Shown piece after piece: positions 31,780 through 43,199 of a stretch of 64,000 bases of DNA. How positions within the stretch are numbered: position 1 is the first letter of the stretch; every line of letters starts with the position of its first letter. The position numbers and the translations under genes were made by a program. The notes under the pieces are model-generated. The model did not search any database, was not told the DNA's origin, and worked only from the letters and a program-made list of their open reading frames with translations. Source of the DNA: an uncultured delta proteobacterium (GTDB lineage: Bacteria > Desulfobacterota > Desulfobacteria > Desulfobacterales > Desulfatirhabdiaceae); assembly GCA_963789395.1 (NCBI GenBank), contig CAWBKP010000014.1, positions 32,001 to 96,000 of the forward strand. Direction: 5' to 3'.

Positions 31780-32820
31780 TCACGTATTTTTCTTCAGAAA
31801 GGAACACCCCATGTGGCGATACGCACTCTCTGCCGCGCGCCTGCCGGATGAGGTTCGGAGGATCATGCCGATTTTCAACAGATACGGTTCAACCACGTCC
31901 ACCAGGGTATCTGCCTCTTCCTGAAGGGTTGCGGCAATGGCTTCAATTCCGACCGGGCCACCGTCATAAAAATCAATGACGGTTTTCAGATAGCGCCGGT
32001 CAAGATCCGTCAGTCCTTTTTCATCTACGCCTTCAAGAAGTAGCGCCGCATTGACGATGTCCGCCGTGATGACCCCGTCCGCCCGTACCTGAGCATAATC
32101 TCTTACCCGTTTCAACAGTCGGTTGACAATTCGGGGTGTTCCCCGGGATCGCCGGGAAAGTTCCTGGGCACCGGCCTTATCAATGGCAATTTTCAACAGG
32201 GCGGCAGATCTTGTGGTTATCTGAACCAGCTCTGATTCACGATAAAAATCCAGGCTTCTGAATATGCCGAACCTGTCCCGTAAAGGCGAAGACAGCAGGC
32301 CGACCCGTGTGGTGGCACCAACCAGAGAAAATTGTTCCAGGCGGATGCGATGGCTTCTGGCATGCGCCCCTTTGTCGAACACAAAATCAACGGCAAAGTC
32401 CTCCATGGCCGGGTACAGGAATTCCTCAACCGCTTTGGGCATCCGATGGATCTCGTCCACAAACAGCACATCCGCTCTGGACAGGTGGGTCAAAATGCCA
32501 ATAAGATCACCGCCTTTTTCCAGGGCAGGGCCGGATGTCACGGTGAGATTTCCGCCCATTTCATTGGCAATGATGTGAGCCAGCGTGGTTTTGCCAAGGC
32601 CCGGCGGCCCATGAAACAGCACATGATCGAGCGGTTCCTTGCGCATTTTTGCAGCTTCAATCGCAATTTTAAGCGTTTCAACCACTTCAGTCTGGCCGAC
32701 ATATTCAGACAAACGCTCGGGGCGAAGCGACAGCAAATCGGTTTCTATGTCCGAAGGCTGACAGGTTCCAGCGACAATGCCCTGAATCATGGAGGGTGTA
32801 TTTAATATTCTTTCGGTCAT
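31780..32820 (-). CDS. ruvB: Holliday junction branch migration helicase
   Basis: [31 protein letters not shown]. Confidence 0.97.
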   Translation of the reverse strand: MTERILNTPSMIQGIVAGTCQPSDIETDLLSLRPERLSEYVGQTEVVETLKIAIEAAKMRKEPLDHVLFHGPPGLGKTTLAHIIANEMGGNLTVTSGPALEKGGDLIGILTHLSRADVLFVDEIHRMPKAVEEFLYPAMEDFAVDFVFDKGAHARSHRIRLEQFSLVGATTRVGLLSSPLRDRFGIFRSLDFYRESELVQITTRSAALLKIAIDKAGAQELSRRSRGTPRIVNRLLKRVRDYAQVRADGVITADIVNAALLLEGVDEKGLTDLDRRYLKTVIDFYDGGPVGIEAIAATLQEEADTLVDVVEPYLLKIGMILRTSSGRRAAESAYRHMGCSFLKKNT

Positions 32821-33437
32821 TTCGGCCTGGCGCGTAACACTTCTTCAAGAAGCGTTTCCGGAGTGTGTATCGACGGGTTAAAGGACAGCGTTTCTGCGAT
32901 TCTGCGCCTGGCATCAACAGGCTTTAAGCCCAGCTGTTCAACCAGCACATCCAGAACCGGTTGAATCAGTTCCTCCGCCTCCGGCTGCAGCCCCGGTAGA
33001 CGCGTCGCCATCTCCGGCAATATGAACCTGTCCAGTTTTCCTGCCAGGGATGCGATCATTTTTTGAGCCGTGCGTTTTCCGATGCCTTTGAGTTTCTGAA
33101 GTTTTTCCAGATCATTTGCTTCAACAGCAGCGGCAATCTCATGAACCGGTACGGTCAGGGCTTTTGCAGCCTTCATGGGGCCTATGTCTTCTACGGTGAT
33201 CAGGCGCTGGAAGAAGTCTTTTTCTTCATCGGTATTAAACCCGATCAATACAGGTTTAGGCTGCTTTTCAGTCTGATGAAAATAGATGAACAGCGACACG
33301 TTGTCCCCAACGCCCTGCTCCCGTAACGAGTCCAGGACAATGGTCGGGAGCAGCACCTCATACCCGATCTGATTGGCCAGAATCAGTATCCGGTCATCGT
33401 TTTTCTGAAGTATGCTGCCTTCGATATACCCGATCAT
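32817..33437 (-). CDS. ruvA: Holliday junction branch migration protein
   Basis: MIGYIEG, IGYEV, HhH motifs DIGP and GIGKRTAQK; lies between ruvC and ruvB. Confidence 0.93.
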   Translation of the reverse strand: MIGYIEGSILQKNDDRILILANQIGYEVLLPTIVLDSLREQGVGDNVSLFIYFHQTEKQPKPVLIGFNTDEEKDFFQRLITVEDIGPMKAAKALTVPVHEIAAAVEANDLEKLQKLKGIGKRTAQKMIASLAGKLDRFILPEMATRLPGLQPEAEELIQPVLDVLVEQLGLKPVDARRRIAETLSFNPSIHTPETLLEEVLRARPK

Positions 33438-33454
33438 CTCACGCCTATCGACAC

Positions 33455-33949
33455 TCAACCCACGATTCTGACATCGTGATGCCGCAACAGTCCGATTATT
33501 GCCAGCCCCAGCGCATCCGATGCATGATCCGGCCGGATGGGAGCTGTCAGCGCCAGGCGACTGCGAACCGATTTTTCAAGTTGAGCTTTACTGGCATTGC
33601 CGTTTCCGGTCAGCACCTGTTTGGCTTCCCTTACCGGAATTTCCTGAACGGGGATATTGTGAACCGCTCCCGCCAGAAGGATGATACCGGAAACCTTCCC
33701 CAGAATAATGCCGGAACGGGGAAATTTCTCAAGCGAAAATACATCTTCGACAATCATCATATCCGGCTTTTCAGTTGAGAGGATATGATGAAGCTGTGAA
33801 TATATCTGACTCAGGCGGAGGGGAAGTGCGATGCGGGCCGAGGTGTGAATGCTGCCATATGAATAATTCTGGATGGTTAATCCTTTTCCGGAAACAACTC
33901 CAATTCCTGTTGATGCCAAACCAGGGTCAATGCCGATCACCTTAATCAT
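33455..33949 (-). CDS. ruvC: Crossover junction endodeoxyribonuclease
   Basis: GIDPG, VEDVF, GNGNASKAQ, DHASDAL. Confidence 0.95.
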   Translation of the reverse strand: MIKVIGIDPGLASTGIGVVSGKGLTIQNYSYGSIHTSARIALPLRLSQIYSQLHHILSTEKPDMMIVEDVFSLEKFPRSGIILGKVSGIILLAGAVHNIPVQEIPVREAKQVLTGNGNASKAQLEKSVRSRLALTAPIRPDHASDALGLAIIGLLRHHDVRIVG

Positions 33950-33974
33950 GGGTCATGGGTGCCATCCATACGGG

Positions 33975-34853
33975 TTATAACCCTTCAAGCTTTTGTTTGG
34001 CGATTTTGGCCTCATTGCTGGAAGGATATTTGGTAATCAGTTCTTTTAGAATCAGCTTTCCATTGGATTTGTCTCCAAGATTGAAAAATGAAAACCCCTG
34101 TTTCAACAGCGCTGCCTGGACCTTGTTTCCCTTTGGATAACTTTCAATCACTTTCTGGTATTCCAGAATGGCTTTTTCATACCACTTCTGCCGGTAATAG
34201 ATTTCTCCAAGCCAAAACTGAGAACTGTCGGCAATGGCGGATTTGGGAAATCGTTTGATAAACTCCTGAAAGCCGGTTCGGGCGGCCTCCAATTCTCCTG
34301 AATCAAAATCCTGCTTGGCCTTTGCATAAAGTTCGTTTTCAGACATCTCTTTTGCAGGCGGGGTCTCGGCTTTTTCCCTGGCCGGAGACTTTTCAGGGAC
34401 CGTCTTTGCGGGAGTCGGCTTTTTTGCACCACCATCCAGGGCCAAGTATTCTTCGATGCGAAGCAGCCGGTCCTTCATTGAGAGGGTTGCCTGCTCCAGA
34501 TTGGCCAATTTTGTTTCAACACTGTCTCCGACATCGCCGGAAAGCATGCTCGACTGGCGATGCGATTTTTCTTCAATTTTGCCGTTCAGAAGCTGAATCT
34601 CTTCCTGTAGCCTGTCCACGGTGGCAGCAAGTTCAGCATACTGGCTGCGAAGCTGCTGTTCTTTTTCTAACTGGCTTTTTCGGAAATCTTCCATTCGCAT
34701 CTGGAACTGGTCCCTGGATTTGTCAAAATCCGATCCGCGGCGCTCCAGATTCGAAATACGACTGTCGGCCCTGATGACCTCCTGATGGGAAGCACATCCT
34801 GGCCCCAGAAGAATCGATGCACAAACAACATACCGAAATAAGCTGGATTTCAT
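33975..34853 (-). CDS. cpoB: Tol-Pal system TPR lipoprotein YbgF/CpoB
   Basis: Lipobox GC, coiled coil, TPRs (FWLGEIYY, YPKGNK); follows pal. Confidence 0.9.
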   Translation of the reverse strand: MKSSLFRYVVCASILLGPGCASHQEVIRADSRISNLERRGSDFDKSRDQFQMRMEDFRKSQLEKEQQLRSQYAELAATVDRLQEEIQLLNGKIEEKSHRQSSMLSGDVGDSVETKLANLEQATLSMKDRLLRIEEYLALDGGAKKPTPAKTVPEKSPAREKAETPPAKEMSENELYAKAKQDFDSGELEAARTGFQEFIKRFPKSAIADSSQFWLGEIYYRQKWYEKAILEYQKVIESYPKGNKVQAALLKQGFSFFNLGDKSNGKLILKELITKYPSSNEAKIAKQKLEGL

Positions 34854-34930
34854 GATACAAAATCACCCGAGAATAAAGGTTTATTCAACCGTACGGGAAA
34901 TGATAACATTCTTTCACCCGTCTCGATACG

Positions 34931-34971
34931 AAAATGGCAGGTAACACAGTCTGATGTGCTAACCTGCCATT
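34931..34971 (-). terminator. Terminator after pal
   Basis: AATGGCAGGT...ACCTGCCATT inverted repeat with a T-run on the minus strand. Confidence 0.6.
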
Positions 34972-35004
34972 ACCAAACATAAAAACGATCCTATCTTGAA
35001 ACGT

Positions 35005-35523
35005 TTATTTCAGGACAAAATGATCCCGTCTGTTTTTTGCGTAGGCAGCTTCCGTCTTGGCAGGATCAAGGGGTTTTTCTTTTCCGTAGCTGATCGTGGT
35101 CATTCTGGAAGCCGGAATCCCCATGTTTACCAGGAAGGCTTTTGCAGCTTCCGCACGTCTTTCACCCAGTGCAAGGTTGTACGCCACGGTGCCGCGCTCA
35201 TCGCAATTGCCTTCGATGGTGACGGCAGCACTCGGGTTACTCTTCAAGTAGGCAGCCTTGTCTTTTAAAATGGCCTGGGCAGTGGCATCCAGAACCGCAC
35301 TGTCAAAAGCAAAATTGACATCCTGTGCCATGAACTTTTGTCGAGCTGCCAGTTCCGCACTGTTATCAGGCGCCGGCGCCGGTGCTGGCGCCTTTTTCTC
35401 GACTTCAGCGGCTTTTGATACAGCTGCTTCGGGTTTTACAACCTTCTTGGCACACGATGTGGTTAACATCAAGCCAGGAACAACAAACAACATTGCTAAA
35501 ATTACCCAATTCATTCTCTTCAT
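35005..35523 (-). CDS. pal: Peptidoglycan-associated lipoprotein
   Basis: Lipobox [34 protein letters not shown]. Confidence 0.97.
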   Translation of the reverse strand: MKRMNWVILAMLFVVPGLMLTTSCAKKVVKPEAAVSKAAEVEKKAPAPAPAPDNSAELAARQKFMAQDVNFAFDSAVLDATAQAILKDKAAYLKSNPSAAVTIEGNCDERGTVAYNLALGERRAEAAKAFLVNMGIPASRMTTISYGKEKPLDPAKTEAAYAKNRRDHFVLK

Positions 35524-35548
35524 TTTACTTCCTCCTTTTAATAATAAA

Positions 35549-36922
35549 TTAATTTTTCACTCCCGGTGACCATTTGGGTTCTGATTGCTGACCGGGCATA
35601 CTCATCAATCTGCGCTGATCCGCCCCATAAGCAGTCATAACATAAATTCTCGATGTACCTTCGCGGGTAGAGCAAAACGCTATCATGCTGCCGTCCGGCG
35701 ACCACGATGGCGAGTCGTTATCTCCCTGTGCATAGGTGAGCTGCATCAACCCCTTGCCATCCGCACCGATCACATAGATATTAAAGCCGCTTCCTTTTTC
35801 CAGTGCCGTGTAAACAATTTTATCCCCTTTTGGGGACCACTCCGGCTGCGTATTGTTGTTTCCCTGAAAGGTCAGACGTTCGGCATGTCCGGAATTCATA
35901 TTCTGAACATAAATCTGAGGCGTGCCGCCCCTTCTGGATACAAAGGCCATTTTGCCGCCGTCCGGAGAAAATGTCGGGGACACATCAATTCCCGGACTAT
36001 CAGTTAATCTATTAATAACTTTTCCCGTTCCGGTCAATAGATAAATTTCAGGATCTCCAGAAAAAGACAAGGACGCCGCCAGTTCAAACTTGCCGGGGAC
36101 CCACGCGGGCGATATGCCCATGCCTTTTTTATCCGCCACAGCAATTCGATTATCAGAAATATTCTGAATAAACAAGTCCGGTTTTCCTTTGGCATAGGAC
36201 GTATAGGCAACCCACTTGCCATCATATGACATTGCAGGAGAAAGGTTAATACTCTGGTTATGGGTAATCTGGGTGGGCCCATATCCATCAAAATCGCAGA
36301 GATATACTTCCTTTCCGGAGGAAACGGAGGAAACAAACACGATCTGACTCTCGAACAAACCGCCGCTGCCGGTCAAGAGGGCCATAATCTCACTGCAGAA
36401 CCGGCGAATCATCGTGCGAAGATCTTTCACATTACCCGTATATTTTCTGCCGATCAACTGCCGTTCATTGTATGTGTCAAAAAGCCGCAGATCCATTTCA
36501 AGCTGGGTATTGCTTACAGAAACTGCGCCGGTAACCAGAAGTTCGGCACCAACAGTGGTCCAGCCCTTGAACATGGGCGCTGCGACATCGGATTTTTGGG
36601 CATCCACCAGAAATGAGCCCCTGTCCAGAATTTTAAAATATCCGGTAAATACCAGCATATCCGACAGCATATTCGCGCCGGTTTGTGCGGTGTCGGATTC
36701 TGAATCGTTTCCGGCAACTGGCTTAAACAGCGGGATGGCTATGGGGACTTTTTTCAATAACGGGTTGTTGATATCGATATAATCATATTTGCCGGCTCCG
36801 ATAGCTGTTCCAGCCCACAACAGACCTATCAGTATCATTCCCCATACCAAGCGGGTGCGATTCAAAACCCGAAATTTTTGACATCCGACTTCATATCCGG
36901 CATGTCCGGAAGCCACAATCAT
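35549..36922 (-). CDS. tolB: Tol-Pal beta-propeller protein
   Basis: PIAIP N-domain, repeated PD40 (SPxWSPDG) motifs. Confidence 0.95.
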   Translation of the reverse strand: MIVASGHAGYEVGCQKFRVLNRTRLVWGMILIGLLWAGTAIGAGKYDYIDINNPLLKKVPIAIPLFKPVAGNDSESDTAQTGANMLSDMLVFTGYFKILDRGSFLVDAQKSDVAAPMFKGWTTVGAELLVTGAVSVSNTQLEMDLRLFDTYNERQLIGRKYTGNVKDLRTMIRRFCSEIMALLTGSGGLFESQIVFVSSVSSGKEVYLCDFDGYGPTQITHNQSINLSPAMSYDGKWVAYTSYAKGKPDLFIQNISDNRIAVADKKGMGISPAWVPGKFELAASLSFSGDPEIYLLTGTGKVINRLTDSPGIDVSPTFSPDGGKMAFVSRRGGTPQIYVQNMNSGHAERLTFQGNNNTQPEWSPKGDKIVYTALEKGSGFNIYVIGADGKGLMQLTYAQGDNDSPSWSPDGSMIAFCSTREGTSRIYVMTAYGADQRRLMSMPGQQSEPKWSPGVKN

Positions 36923-36923
36923 G

Positions 36924-37983
36924 TTAACTCCGTTTCAGTCCTTTTGGGGTAAAAATCAACCCCAGTTCATAATATGGCTGCGTATATTCCCTTGGCAGGG
37001 GAGGCAGCGGACTTGATTTTTTAACAGCTTTAAATACAGAATCATCAAAATAGGTGTTGCCTGATTTTTTTTCAAACCAGATGTCCGTTATTTCACCGTT
37101 TTTCATGATTTTAACCACGATAACGGATACAAGATCGGTTCTTCCGCCGACAAGCTGTTCATTAAACACCCAGTTGTGTTCAATGTGGCTGGGAATCAGC
37201 GACCGATAAAAATCAATGGGTTGTATGCCAAAAGCACCGGTCCCGCCGGTCCCGCCGGTCCCGCCGCCGCTGCCACCATTGGCACCGCTGCCGCTGCCGA
37301 CGCCCGAAGACTTTCCGGAAGCAGGCTCTTTTGAGGCATTCTTGGCCGTTTCCGACTCGGTTTTTGCTACCTTGCTCTTGAGTCGTTCCAGGGCAGAGGC
37401 CAAGGGATCAACCGGACTGGATTCCTCCACCTGCTTTTCGATTTTGTTCAATGCATTTTTAATGGCCTGATTGGATTTAAACGTCTCTTTTTTCAAAGAC
37501 GTTTTCGGCTTCGCTTTTTCATTGGAAAGCGATATGACATCCGCAGATTTTTCAGGTTCCGCTTTAGGCTGAGGCTCCGGGACCGATACTTTCTCGGGCT
37601 TGGGAGCAGGCGGCACCGGTTTGGGTTCATGTATTTCAGGCTTTGCGGGCTTTGGCGCTGGCGGCTCCGGTTTGGATTCCTGAACCTCGGGCTTTGCAGG
37701 CCCCGGGTCTGGAGCAGCTGGCTTTTCTGACTTTGGGTTCCGGTTTTTCCGGACCGGAATGGCCGGGCTTTCCAATGGAACCGGTTGGCGACATCGTAAC
37801 CATATTGACCATGATAACGGACGGTACAAATTCTCTTTTGGGAGCTAAAGCCGGCAAATATGTCACGATGACAAAAAACAGGACATGAACAACCAAGGAA
37901 GCCGCCACATACCAGCCGATCGGGGCGGTGCCGGTTCCTGAAGAAAGCAACAAACTGGCATGAGCTGATACACGGGCACGCAT
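36924..37983 (-). CDS. tolA: TolA/TonB-family energy transducer (frameshift near 37750)
   Basis: TM with SLVVH motif in 37636-37983; Pro/Lys/Glu-rich linker and TonB_C-like domain (SGNTYFD, PLPPLP) in 36924-37829. Confidence 0.85.
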
Positions 37984-37986
37984 TCG

Positions 37987-38412
37987 CTACTTCTTTTTTT
38001 CAGGTTTAGTATCCAGCGGTATGGTTACCATCCCCAACTTATCAATGCCACCCGCCTTGATCTCCGCCATCACCCGGACAACCGTACCATAAGGAATATT
38101 CTTGTCGGCCCGAAGATAGGCCTCTTTGTCCGGTTTTCCTTCGAGTATCTTGGACAGCTTGCTGCTAAGCACATCCAGCGAAACCTGAAACTCGTTAATG
38201 TAGATCTGGCCTTTGGGATCAATGGAGATAATAAGGTGTTCCTTTTCGGCGGCAAGCGGTTCGGACGTGGTTTCCGGAAGTGCGACATCGACGCCCTGCA
38301 TCATCATGGGGGCGGTGACCATAAAGATAATCAGCAGAACCAGCATCACATCAACCAGCGGCGTCACATTGATTTCAGACATCAGCCGGTCGTTATTTCC
38401 GCCCATACTCAT
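37987..38412 (-). CDS. tolR: TolR
   Basis: EINVTPLVDVMLVLLIIFMVTAP, LRADKNIPYG. Confidence 0.95.
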   Translation of the reverse strand: MSMGGNNDRLMSEINVTPLVDVMLVLLIIFMVTAPMMMQGVDVALPETTSEPLAAEKEHLIISIDPKGQIYINEFQVSLDVLSSKLSKILEGKPDKEAYLRADKNIPYGTVVRVMAEIKAGGIDKLGMVTIPLDTKPEKKK

Positions 38413-39140
38413 GGCTTGCTTCCTTTGGCGGATAGAATGTCACGCTCGATGATATTTAAAAAATCCGCGGAAAAACTTTGCAGCTCCGTTTCAATGATCT
38501 TGATTTTCTGCATGAAATAATTAAATGCAATGACCGATGGAATTGCCGCGGCAAGTCCGGCAGCCGTTGCAATCAAGGCTTCTGAAATTCCCGGAGCCAC
38601 CACAGCCAGCGTTGCCGAACCCCTGAGGCCGATCCCATGAAACGAATTCATAATTCCCCATACGGTTCCGAACAGGCCGATAAACGGCGCTGTGTTGCCG
38701 GCTGTCGCCAGAAAAGGCACCATCTGGGTGATTCGCGTAATTTCCGTGTTGGTTGCCCTGCGCAGGGCGCGGTTCACGTTGTCGATTCCAGCAAAATGGG
38801 CTCCTATTGTCATCGCTTCCTGGCCCTGTGCCGGCGGCTTAACAGGCGGCCCGGACTGGCTGACTTTTTTGAGTTCAACATATCCAATGCGGAACACGTG
38901 GGCGATGGGGCTGCTCTGAAGCTGCTTGGCTTTGACAAATGCTTCGGAAAGATCCCGGCTTTTCCAGAAATAATCGGTAAACAGCGCCGATTCCTTGAAA
39001 GCCTTTCGAATATAGCGGTATTTGATAAAAATGATTGCCCAGGACATCACCGAAAAGAAAAGCAGCATCAACAGGACAAAATTCACCATCAATCCTGAAT
39101 TGCTGATCATCTGGATCAAATTTATTTCATTTGAAAGCAT
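38409..39140 (-). CDS. tolQ: TolQ
   Basis: APFIGLFGTVWGIMNSF, APGISEALIATAAGL. Confidence 0.96.
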   Translation of the reverse strand: MLSNEINLIQMISNSGLMVNFVLLMLLFFSVMSWAIIFIKYRYIRKAFKESALFTDYFWKSRDLSEAFVKAKQLQSSPIAHVFRIGYVELKKVSQSGPPVKPPAQGQEAMTIGAHFAGIDNVNRALRRATNTEITRITQMVPFLATAGNTAPFIGLFGTVWGIMNSFHGIGLRGSATLAVVAPGISEALIATAAGLAAAIPSVIAFNYFMQKIKIIETELQSFSADFLNIIERDILSAKGSKP

Positions 39141-39455
39141 TGAAAGACTGCTCCGATTGTTGTGATATGAACACAGAAACTGCTTGACATATCGATTAAG
39201 AAACGTGCCGATAAATTAAAATAACATATAGTTGTAAACTATTTATATAGTACTTACGGAACAATCCTGTCAAGCGATTTAAGAAGCCAGGATGCATTAT
39301 GATAGAATCCGCAGGCTGACCCGGTTATCGGAAATCTGCTGATGTTTATGCTTGACTTGAATGTCGGAATCTTCATAATAACTGCATTTAAAGGTCTGAG
39401 AGCCAGTGAAGCAGGTCTGGATTCGATGCAATTTTTCATGACGGGGGTCAATCCG

Positions 39456-40007
39456 ATGCATTACCGAAATTACCGATATATAATCGCAGCCCTCAGCGCC
39501 ATGGTCGCGGCATCCATCATTTCGTCATGCAGCCCGGGGGTGTTGACCTATAAAGGCGCCAAGGTAACCCAGATGAATCGCATGATTCTGCTCAAGCAGG
39601 GGGAACAACAGGGCGTCTGGAAAACCGCTGAACTGTCGGTATCCTATAATTATCAGTTGACCCCGGATGACTTGAAGCTGAACGGAACCACGGAACTCAT
39701 TGGCGGACTCTCCCAGGGATTCAGATGGATCAAACGGCTTGATGTTTATCTGTTGTTTCTGGACAGACAGGGAGTCGTTATTGAATGCCCGCTAATTTAT
39801 TCGTCCATGGCGAACCGCGTTATTGATACGATTCCCCTGAAGTTTGAAACGACACTCCCCGTACCCGAAGGCACTTACACAGTTTCATTTGCCTATGAAG
39901 GTGAATTGTCAGGAACCGGAGCCAGGGACTCAACGTTTCGCAGAATCAGCGACTCCCCATCGAGGCCGATAGCCCCCAAACAACCAGACAAGTCCGGTGC
40001 ATCGTGA
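39456..40007 (+). CDS. Hypothetical lipoprotein
   Basis: Basic N-region, hydrophobic stretch, ISSC lipobox; beta-rich mature part. Confidence 0.65.
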   Translation: MHYRNYRYIIAALSAMVAASIISSCSPGVLTYKGAKVTQMNRMILLKQGEQQGVWKTAELSVSYNYQLTPDDLKLNGTTELIGGLSQGFRWIKRLDVYLLFLDRQGVVIECPLIYSSMANRVIDTIPLKFETTLPVPEGTYTVSFAYEGELSGTGARDSTFRRISDSPSRPIAPKQPDKSGAS

Positions 40008-40084
40008 CCGGTTGAATGCTTATAATTGGTCATTTTACAGACAAATGTGGCCCGCTGCCCGGAATGTCGTGGTAAAAACCATAT

Positions 40085-40819
40085 TCAGGGGTATTCCGTG
40101 TTATTTCGCAGTCGTTTTCTGTCTTTTTTCCAGGGAATCTCTTTTTTTCGTCCCTTGATTTTCGAGGAAAACGGATTCTCGTCGTGAAGTTCAAGGATAA
40201 ACGTTCCGGGAGTTTTAGGCTGTTGCGGGGCAGAATCAGGGGCTTGGCCCCTGGGCTCTCTTTCCAGAGCTGGCGCCGGTCCGGTAAAACATCCGGCAGG
40301 GATATGCCCTGCGGTGAACAGATCGCCGCCTGCTTGAAAAAAAAGGACACCCTGTTCCCTGCATTTATGGCAAAAAACCGACAACAAAACCGCTTTGGGA
40401 TCATACCGTCTGCCCATTCGAAGCGCCAGGTCCTTGTCGGAGCTCAACACAACCCGTGAATATGCGGACGGCGATATGCCTTTTTCAAGCACATGGGCAT
40501 GGGCTTTTCGCCTGACACAGACAAAAAGCAATTTGGGCGGTTCAGGACAAATTGCATGCAGGGGAAGATGGCTTCGATCAACAGCGCGAATGCAATTTCC
40601 TGAAAGTTCGATAGGCGGATCGGGCTCCCGAATCAGCAATTCATGGAAATGGGCCTCCCGGATAAATTTCCACTCTTTTTCCTCGCCGATGGCCTTCAGG
40701 AGGGTGTGGATGGAAACAAATCCGTTTTCATCCAAGACCAGCCCGAATTCATATGGCCTCCTTCCCAGGACATACGATAACAATTTTGAGAATCCGCGTA
40801 ATGTGGTATAGGGTTTCAT
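40085..40819 (-). CDS. RNA 2'-phosphotransferase (Tpt1/KptA)-like protein with degenerate active site
   Basis: SKLLSYVL..P..FGLVLDENGFV, CIRAV, PPKLL, VLSSD..A..MG.R pattern follows KptA; basic C-terminal tail. Confidence 0.72.
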   Translation of the reverse strand: MKPYTTLRGFSKLLSYVLGRRPYEFGLVLDENGFVSIHTLLKAIGEEKEWKFIREAHFHELLIREPDPPIELSGNCIRAVDRSHLPLHAICPEPPKLLFVCVRRKAHAHVLEKGISPSAYSRVVLSSDKDLALRMGRRYDPKAVLLSVFCHKCREQGVLFFQAGGDLFTAGHIPAGCFTGPAPALEREPRGQAPDSAPQQPKTPGTFILELHDENPFSSKIKGRKKEIPWKKDRKRLRNNTEYP

Positions 40820-41007
40820 TCGCCTGCTGGTGAGTTGGCAAAATTTTTGCCGATCCCCGATATTCAAGATTCCACCGGATTGTTGTGCCCCGGATGATAT
40901 CAGCCGATCCGGAACACGCTTTTCTGACAATTTAGCCTTTTTCGGGTTTTGTTTCAACCGGATTATCCAATCATGAACCATTTTTTCAATCGAAAGGAGC
41001 CCGCAGG

Positions 41008-42510
41008 GTGTTAACGATCCTATCACCATCGAAGATTGCAGAACAACAAGTTGAAATGCTCATCATCCCGGTTTGCGAAGATGCGGATATCCATCCCGCA
41101 GCCTTCTTGCCGGAGCTGATGCATCAAGCCGTTAACCTGAAAGAATTCAAAGGCGCCGACAACGAAGATGTGGCGTTTTTCGCGCCACCGGGAGTCAGGG
41201 CCGCCCAGGTCATGTTCATCGGCCTGGGAAAAAAGAATCGTATTGACGGAGAAATACTTAGAAAGGCCTGCGGCAGGGCCATCAAAAAATGTATTCAAAA
41301 AGAAGTCCTGAAAGCCGTCTTTGTCGTTCCCGTTTCCAAAGCGATTGACACCGAATCCGGCGCGATGCTTGAAGCCATGATGGAAGGTGCACTGCTGGGG
41401 AACTATCAGTTCGACCAGTTCAAAAAACCCAAACACGCCTCACTGCTTCAGATCGGGTTCGCAGTCGGTAAAGATCTCACCTCTCAGGCACGTTTGTCCG
41501 CCAAAAAAATTGATATTATTTGCAGCGGAACCCTGATGGCTCGGGAATGGGTGACCACCCCTTCCAATCTGAAAAGACCGGAACAATTTTCCCGGTTATT
41601 GGTCGGTCTGGCAAAGAAGGCGCATCTGAAAGCCGCGGTCCTGGATCATTCTGCTTTGAAGAAACAAAAATTCGGTGCGCTTCTGGCTGTTGCCGCAGGC
41701 AGCGAATCTCATGCCAGGATGGTCGTTCTGGAGCACAGTCCCGGCAATGCCACTCAAACCTTAGCGCTGGTGGGAAAGGGAGTGACATTTGACTCTGGAG
41801 GGATCAACCTGAAACCTCCGGGATCTCTTGAGGATATGAAGATGGATATGGCCGGAGCCGCCGCAGTTGCCGCCACCCTGATCAGCGCTGCCAGGCTTAA
41901 TCTGCCCATCCGCCTGATCGGCGTTTTGCCGCTGGTGGAAAACATGCCTTCGGGTTCCGCAACCCGGCCCGGGGATATAGTCAGAAGCTTTTCCGGTAAA
42001 ACCGTTGAAATCAACAATACGGACGCCGAAGGCAGGCTGATTCTGGCAGATGCCCTGTCCTATGTCATTCAAACCTACAAGCCCGATGCCGTTGTTGACC
42101 TTGCCACCTTGACCGGGGCGTGCGTGGTGGCCCTGGGTGAAAAGATCGCCGGCGTCTTCTCGGCAGATGACGCAATGGCCGATACCCTCCTTGCCTCCGG
42201 CAGTAAAACCTATGAACGGTGCTGGAGAATGCCGCTTCCTGATGACTATAAAGATCTTTTAAAAAGCGAGTATGCCGACATTTGCAACATTACCGGATCA
42301 AAATGGGGAGGCGCCATTACCGCAGCGCTTTTTCTATCCGAATTTACGGAAAATACGCGGTGGACGCATATTGACATTGCCGGCCCCGCATACGCAAAAA
42401 AAGAGACCGCTTATTGCGGCGTCGGCGGGACAGGCTTTGGGGTCAGGCTTCTTTGCGACTGGATTGCAGAAGATGGCCGGATCATCTTTCTAAGTCACGT
42501 TTGCTGTTAA
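41008..42510 (+). CDS. pepA: Leucyl aminopeptidase (M17)
   Basis: GKGVTFDSGG, MKMDMAGAA, NTDAEGRL, ATLTGA, HIDIAG. Confidence 0.95.
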   Translation: MLTILSPSKIAEQQVEMLIIPVCEDADIHPAAFLPELMHQAVNLKEFKGADNEDVAFFAPPGVRAAQVMFIGLGKKNRIDGEILRKACGRAIKKCIQKEVLKAVFVVPVSKAIDTESGAMLEAMMEGALLGNYQFDQFKKPKHASLLQIGFAVGKDLTSQARLSAKKIDIICSGTLMAREWVTTPSNLKRPEQFSRLLVGLAKKAHLKAAVLDHSALKKQKFGALLAVAAGSESHARMVVLEHSPGNATQTLALVGKGVTFDSGGINLKPPGSLEDMKMDMAGAAAVAATLISAARLNLPIRLIGVLPLVENMPSGSATRPGDIVRSFSGKTVEINNTDAEGRLILADALSYVIQTYKPDAVVDLATLTGACVVALGEKIAGVFSADDAMADTLLASGSKTYERCWRMPLPDDYKDLLKSEYADICNITGSKWGGAITAALFLSEFTENTRWTHIDIAGPAYAKKETAYCGVGGTGFGVRLLCDWIAEDGRIIFLSHVCC

Positions 42511-43199
42511 CGAATCCGGCAGGAGGTGACCCATTTTTCAGCGATTGTCCGGTACGCCAGAAGATCGTTTTCGGTGATGCGGTAATCGGTTTCCTTGAAA
42601 AAATCAGGGTCCAACACATGAGAGAGCTGAAACTGCTGAAGCACATACAGATCCGCACCCTGGATCATTTCACAGATTCTCTCCATGATCGGCCCGTCGA
42701 TCAGCGGTCTGATGCAGGTGGTTCTGAATTCATGGGAAAGCCCGGATGCTTTGATCAGCCGTATGCTGGATATCATCGCATCCGTGTTGCAATCTCTTTG
42801 AATATACTGCGGGTATAGCTCAGGAACTGTCTTGATGTCCATGGCCACATAGTCTACCAGTCCCATCGAAATCAGTTCCTCGAGAACTTTCGGGCGGCTT
42901 CCGTTGGTATCGAGCTTGATGGGATACCCCATCTGCCGGATGGTCCGGCAAACCCGAATCACATCCGGATGAAGGGATGGCTCGCCGCCCGAGATCACCA
43001 CACCTTCCAGAAACCCTTTGCGCGTTTCGAGAAAATCGTAAGCATCCTGCTCCGGCAATGGCTCCAGAGCCATGCCTTTAGCCAGTTCGGGATTATGGCA
43101 GTAGGGACAGTGAAAATTGCATCCTGAAAAAAAAAGGACGCAGGCGACTTTTCCCGGGTAATCGATCAGCGTGCTTTTTTGAATCCCCCCGAAAACCAT
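42507..43199 (-). CDS. nrdG: Anaerobic ribonucleotide reductase activating protein
   Basis: IDYPG, GCNFHCPYCHN, SGGEP, KLDTNGS; directly follows nrdD. Confidence 0.93.
   Translation of the reverse strand: MVFGGIQKSTLIDYPGKVACVLFFSGCNFHCPYCHNPELAKGMALEPLPEQDAYDFLETRKGFLEGVVISGGEPSLHPDVIRVCRTIRQMGYPIKLDTNGSRPKVLEELISMGLVDYVAMDIKTVPELYPQYIQRDCNTDAMISSIRLIKASGLSHEFRTTCIRPLIDGPIMERICEMIQGADLYVLQQFQLSHVLDPDFFKETDYRITENDLLAYRTIAEKWVTSCRIR

Noticed and set aside
37236..37300. CCGGTCCCG tandem repeats and GC-rich low complexity
   Set aside because: Encodes the Gly/Thr/Ser-rich linker of TolA; not a CRISPR or independent repeat.
40820..41029. N-terminal extension of the KptA-like ORF in the ORF track
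   Set aside because: Overlaps the pepA start and the divergent promoter region; homology begins at MKPY (40819).
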